From Nitrosopumilus sp. (GTDB taxonomy: Archaea; Thermoproteota; Nitrososphaeria; Nitrososphaerales; Nitrosopumilaceae), in NCBI GenBank assembly GCA_965249555.1, contig OZ252243.1:1152001-1216000 (forward strand): a DNA stretch of 64,000 nt, read 5' to 3'. The notes under the pieces are model-generated. The model was not told where the DNA came from. It saw nothing but the letters and a program-made list of their open reading frames with translations, and did no database searches. This document shows, piece by piece, positions 60,743 to 64,000 of the stretch. The position numbers and the translations under genes were made by a program. The stretch's first letter is position 1; every line of letters begins with the position of its first letter.

Positions 60743-61228
60743 TTATATTGTTATGTTATAATGAACTAGTGTAATTAATAAAATAAATATAAATAAAAAA
60801 AACAATCCTAACATCAAAGACATGCTAGCATAAACCAAAACATCAGTTCGTTTATTATTTTTATTAGTTACTTCATCAATTGTTATTTTATAAATTCTAA
60901 TTAAACCAAAAATTATTTTCTTTTCATTATTTTCTAGATCAGCATCTCTATCTATTTCTATGTTAGTTTCTTTTATGGATGTTTTAAAAATACTAAATAT
61001 AGAAATGATTAAAGATAGTATAATTGAAATTGTGGACACAGTTAATATTATTAAATACTGTGAAGCTAATTCCATTATAAAACTAATTCCGATAAAAACA
61101 ACAGATAATAATATACCATTAATTTGCAAAAAATTTTGAGATTTGCGATTTAATTCAGTCCAGTTAGATAATTGTCGGTTATACTGATCCTTGACTTCTT
61201 CTAGAAGAATCTCCTCACTTGTCTTCAT
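60743..61228 (-). CDS. Membrane protein resembling SLATT/Pycsar-type effectors
   Basis: Helix, LNRK, two TMs, soluble segment, NNKR, TM layout. Confidence 0.6.
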   Translation of the reverse strand: MKTSEEILLEEVKDQYNRQLSNWTELNRKSQNFLQINGILLSVVFIGISFIMELASQYLIILTVSTISIILSLIISIFSIFKTSIKETNIEIDRDADLENNEKKIIFGLIRIYKITIDEVTNKNNKRTDVLVYASMSLMLGLFFLFIFILLITLVHYNITI

Positions 61229-61428
61229 CTTTGGATTTTTTTTCTGTGTGGTATATTTCTTTAAATATTCGTTTTGTACCCATAGTTACACCCTTTACAG
61301 GTTCTTCGGTATCTTCACTCATTATAATTACATATTATGTGATGATATTTATATGATTTAATTTTTTTAGTAGTGATTCTATTTTACACCATCCATTTAT
61401 TATAAAATGATAGTTGGAATATCAGTCC

Positions 61429-61503
61429 TATAGCGAAGAGTCAAAGTTCGTGAACTAAAGATCATCAAAACAAAAGACTTTTTGATCACCACACACAATG
61501 AAA
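61429..61503 (+). mobile_element. Solo left end of IS630 element
   Basis: Near-identical to 59618-59692, ending at the transposase ATGAAA. Confidence 0.9.
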
Positions 61504-61504
61504 G

Positions 61505-62838
61505 TATGTATCCATGTGAATTGTTTTTATACATTTCCCACTTTTTTGCATCCCAAGGCATAGCTTTCGCTAGGGAATGCTTTCAATCAAAAGATGACGG
61601 ACATGTATCCATACGAGGCTTCTTCCTCAATGCTATCTTCATCCCTTCGTTAGGACCTATCCGCAGTTATCAACCGAGGCTTGTCCCTCAACATCTAAAA
61701 CGCGACTTGCAGTCCTAACTGTAATTCTGTACAAATTCTCTCCTCTCTTTTAGCATCCAGTAAATCACTCGCAGGATCTTTGATGATGCGGCAATTGCGG
61801 CCTTTGATGAGCCTCTCTTTTTCTTAATGCGATTGTAAAATTTTGTAATGTCACTGTTCTTGTCATGTATTGCATGAGTATGGACGCATTGGACAAGGAT
61901 CCATCGTAGTGTCATGCTTCCTCTTTTGGTTATGCTGCCATGGTGTATCGTGTCTGCAGAGTTTCTAACTGATGGCACGACTCCTGCATATGCGCATAAC
62001 TTGTGAGAGTCATTGAATCGGTCAATATCTGCAATTTCTGATGCGATAACTAGTGACGAGTAGTCACCAATTCCTGGCATTGATTTTATTATCATGGCAT
62101 CAGGACTGGTCTTTACAGCAGCATACACTTTTGAATTAATATCTGCAATTTGCAGATTAAGATAGTCTATCTGTCGTACAAATCCATCTATGCGATAGTC
62201 ACCCAGGGAGGTGAGTCTTCTGTTGTATGTTACAGTGAACGTGACTCCTGGTATCTTGATTCCCTCCTCAACAAAATTCCATGGACAGAATTTTTGAGAG
62301 ATGTTCTAAACTGAACGAGTTTTTTTCTGTATCTTACCAGCTGGCGATGTTTTACTATCTTTTTGTTTGGAACATGGCATGTTGCAATGTATCCCCCGCG
62401 CAAAAGATCTGCCAGTATCCTGGCATCAATCTTGTCTGTCTTCTTTTTTGATGCAGCTATTGCCTTTGTAAGATACGGGTTTGACAGTATTACGTTTTTG
62501 TATCCCAATTCATCTGTAAGAAATCTATACGTGTTATACCAAACTGATGATGATTCCATGACAATGTTTGCATGAATCGGTATGTCTGTAAAATGTTTCC
62601 TGATTGATTCATGAGTGTTCTCAACTTTTATGTTTTGTAATATCTTTCCGTCATTATCCATTGTTGCCACTTGAAGAAATTTCTTGTGCAAGTCAATGCC
62701 AACATACATGCCCTTGTCTTTTTTTCCCCTAATCTGTTTCTTTGGACTTTTCTTTGAGGACGATGGATTACGACTCCTGGACTTGGGTTCATTTCCTATG
62801 CTATCTGAATTCCTTCTTTTTGTATTCACATATAGTTA
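61505..62838 (-). mobile_element. IS110-family (IS1111-type) element, copy 2, frameshifted transposase
   Basis: ORFs 62230-62829 (YVGIDLHKK, KTDKIDA) and 61715-62128 (ITKRGS); same IRs and 3' non-coding region as copy 1. Confidence 0.93.
61520..61714 (-). ncRNA. Putative bridge RNA/seekRNA of IS110 copy 2
   Basis: Homologous to 43859-44050 with the same two-hairpin layout. Confidence 0.7.
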
Positions 62839-63298
62839 TGACGGATTCAAAAGGATTTTAGGCACAAAATTGCATGTCGCAGTGGAGAAGACAGGACTGC
62901 CGGTTTCAATTGTGTGCAGTCCTGCAAATGTCCATGACAGTACCAAGTTCATCGATGTGCTAGAAAACATCTCAGATTTTCTTGATGATGATGCACTCGC
63001 AAAGACCGTATCGGTATATGCAGACAAGGGCTATGATGCTGCATACATCAGGGATTATCTCAAGTGCCATGGAATTGGCTACAGCATTCCCTACAAAAAA
63101 AATTCTAAATCCATCACCCCGAAAAATCGTAAAAACAATTACAACAAGACAAGGTATGTCGTGGAGAGGTTCTTTGCATGGCTCAAATGCGGGTTTAGAA
63201 GAACTGCAATCAGATACGAAAGGAATTGCGAGAACTATCTCGGACTCGTGTATCTGGCATCAATTATTATGTATTGGAGGGTTATAGGATGAGTTGTA
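62837..63298 (+). mobile_element. IS5-family element, 3' part only
   Basis: YDGFK..GTKLH, PANVHD, ADKGYD and RYVVERFFAWL motifs; stop at 63292. Confidence 0.88.
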
Positions 63299-63390
63299 TA
63301 ACACTTTGAATCATACAGACTCGGTTGGGAGAATGGCGATCAATATTAACCAAGATCAAACATAAATATAATTATATTGTTAATTTTTTA

Positions 63391-64000
63391 ATGTTGTCTA
63401 AGTTAATATCTACCGAAATCCCAAAATGGGCCTTACCAAAAGAATCAATTTCTCTTTATGTAAAAATCCACAGAATAGAAGATATAAAACAAATCAATAT
63501 CAAACTACCTGAAAATTTTATAATAAAAGATTTGATTAATATTTCTGAACACACTTCTAGTACCAATCAAATAACCGTTACAAAAATAGGTAAACTTAAA
63601 AACGGACAAAATTATTTTGGTATAATATTATCATCAACAAAATATTTTTCTAAATTGGCAACAAGTAATCGTATAGTGATAACTGTAATGACAAACTCTG
63701 ATGTCGAAGAAATTTTTTATGAATATGTACGTATTTTTAGACCTAGGTTGGAAGTGGATATAGACGAGCAACTAAGTTTAACTAATAAACAGACCAAAAT
63801 TCCTATTCATATTAAGTTCATTGGTTTTGGTGACGTATCGCTTCGTATAGAAGCAGAAATTGGTGGAAAGATAGTAACTAAGGGTGGTTACTCCCTTTTT
63901 GATATGTTTTTTAATGAAATATTGGCAAATGGGGTTTTGGATAAAAGTTTTGGACTTGATTCTATTTCTGATAAAAAATCAATGATAGAATACTTTAATA
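63391..64000 (+). CDS. Hypothetical protein (runs off window)
   Basis: Open frame from ATG 63391 (MLSKLISTEIPKWALPKES) to the window end. Confidence 0.7.
   Translation, partial: MLSKLISTEIPKWALPKESISLYVKIHRIEDIKQINIKLPENFIIKDLINISEHTSSTNQITVTKIGKLKNGQNYFGIILSSTKYFSKLATSNRIVITVMTNSDVEEIFYEYVRIFRPRLEVDIDEQLSLTNKQTKIPIHIKFIGFGDVSLRIEAEIGGKIVTKGGYSLFDMFFNEILANGVLDKSFGLDSISDKKSMIEYFN

Noticed and set aside
62684-62836. N-terminus of the 202-aa IS5 transposase ORF
   Set aside because: It is antisense IS110 sequence fused by the insertion, not IS5 coding

Overview
AT-rich archaeal chromosome segment, very likely from an ammonia-oxidising Nitrosopumilaceae (Nitrososphaerota/Thaumarchaeota), judged from thermosome, NAC, Csl4, TiaS, Dph2, rpS27e/rpL44e, CobY, MptE and typical secreted proteins. 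The housekeeping backbone (late cobalamin cluster, guaA/guaB, folP/mptE, asd, pheA, HMG-CoA reductase, his operon, initiator tRNA-Met) is interrupted by three IS-rich accessory regions. (1) About 32.4-38.5 kb: an apparently intact Pycsar-type cyclase/membrane-effector pair, a non-canonical long-variable-arm tRNA with an Arg (TCT) anticodon, an HNH nuclease, a secreted cupredoxin-domain protein with an altered copper site, an IS3 element and duplicated IS110 remnants. (2) About 42.7-46.2 kb beside tRNA-Met: an IS110/IS1111 element, R-M and transposase fragments and an orphan antitoxin-like gene. (3) About 57-64 kb: a HicB/HicA-like pair, an ABC-ATPase with a TOPRIM-like partner, IS630, a second IS110/IS1111 copy and IS5. 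The two IS1111-type copies carry a bridge-RNA-like 3' non-coding region whose first loop differs between copies. Pseudogenes are frequent. All calls come from reading motifs by eye; no searches were run.
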